Source of the DNA: Antechinus flavipes
Lineage: Eukaryota
DNA: 64,000 nt
Direction: 5' to 3'
NCBI RefSeq assembly: GCF_016432865.1
Contig: NC_067401.1
Span: 482,918,001-482,982,000, forward strand
Part shown: piece after piece, positions 63,179-64,000 of the stretch
Layout: each line of letters starts with the position of its first letter
How positions within the stretch are numbered: the first letter of the stretch is position 1
The notes under the pieces: model-generated
What the model was told of the DNA's origin: nothing
What the model saw: the letters and a program-made list of their open reading frames with translations, nothing else
Database searches by the model: none
Translations under genes and position numbers: made by a program

Positions 63179-63268
63179 GTGCTCATTTCAGCAGCACATG
63201 TACTAAAATTAGAATGATACAGTGAAGATTAATGTGGCCCCTACTCAAGGATGACATGCAAATTAGTG
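63179..63268 (+). pseudogene. RNU6: U6 snRNA retropseudogene, 3'-truncated (U6 nt 1-90)
   Basis: 'gtgctcatttcagcagcacatgtactaaaattagaatgatacagtgaagattaatgtggcccctactcaaggatgacatgcaaattagtg' aligns ungapped to U6 nt 1-90 with 14 mismatches by hand count (~84%). All six CpGs are mutated and the ACAGAGA box reads ACAGTGA. Confidence 0.93.
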
Positions 63269-63759
63269 TAGGAAGATTTTATACTGCTGAACTCTCTGAT
63301 TCAGATCCCAGCAATAACAACAATATCTAGCATTTTAAGATTTGCTCAGCATTTTACATATGTTATCTTATTTAGTCCTTACAACTATTGTGTGATAGAT
63401 ATTCTTATGATCCCCATTCCTCAGATGAGGAGGTTGAGAAGACATAAATGACTTTCCCAGAGGCAGGATTAGAACTCAGGACTTCCTGACTCCTCAAGTC
63501 CTGGACACTATCTGGATGCTACAGTATGGGGAGCTTTGAGAGAATTGTGACTTTTCATCACAAATTCTGTTGATCACCATCAGTTCAAATTGAATTTGAG
63601 TTAATTAGGTTTTATGAAAACAGGAAAACATACATTATTTTTTATAACACAGTAGTTCGAGAGGCAGTGGGATAGTGGGTAAAGGGTAGGCTTTAGAATC
63701 AGAAAAACCTTGCCTTGCCTCTGTCACCTACTAGGAATATTATTGTTACTCAGTTATTT

Positions 63760-63920
63760 CTGTCACATCTGATTGTGATCTCATTTGGGGTTTTCTTGGC
63801 AGAGACACTGGAGAGGTTGGCCATTTCCTTCTCCAGCTCATTTTACAGATGAGGAAACTAAGGTAAATAGGGTGAAGTGATTCGCTCAGAGTCACAGAAC
63901 TAATGAGTATCTGAGGAATA
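63760..63920 (-). mobile_element. MAR1-type CORE-SINE (partial)
   Basis: 'ttttcttggcagagacactggagaggttggccatttccttctccagctcattttacagatgaggaaac'. Confidence 0.75.
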
Positions 63921-64000
63921 TGGTCACAGGTAGATCAATTATAATTAAATTAACTTCTCTGGTCCCCAGGCAACTCCAAGTTAAATTAAGTTGAAGTTGA

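Larger units (their letters stand above)
26414..64000 (+). other. TGFBR3: TGFBR3 intron downstream of the exon (intron 3, 5' part)
   Basis: Starts at the GT donor. The next expected exon (VTLHLNPI...) was not found by eye in the window. Confidence 0.8.

Overview
AT-rich, repeat-dense mammalian genomic DNA from a marsupial. WSINE1/MAR1-type CORE-SINEs and the L1 3' ends suggest a dasyurid (inference). The window lies inside TGFBR3 (betaglycan) on the + strand. It holds one recognisable coding exon, 26229-26413 (185 nt, AG/GT bounded), equivalent to human exon 3. The rest is intron 2 (>26 kb) and intron 3 (>37 kb); the ATG exon and exon 4 were not found and are presumed outside. The introns carry SINEs, 5'-truncated L1 ends (several with TSDs), L2/L3 relics, hAT MITEs (two with perfect 8-bp TSDs), a decayed U6 retrocopy, microsatellites with six N runs, and many local duplications. 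All other supplied ORFs look spurious. I found no convincing new multi-gene system. The best leads are: (1) a 100-bp TG...CA element with a 6-bp TSD whose empty site survives in an adjacent duplicate; (2) a ~330-bp-arm inverted repeat in intron 3; (3) a CpG-island-like, G4-bearing promoter-like element at ~56.7-57.1 kb; (4) a candidate 30-nt poison exon. Repeat family names come from recalled consensus sequences, not a database search, and all counts are by hand.
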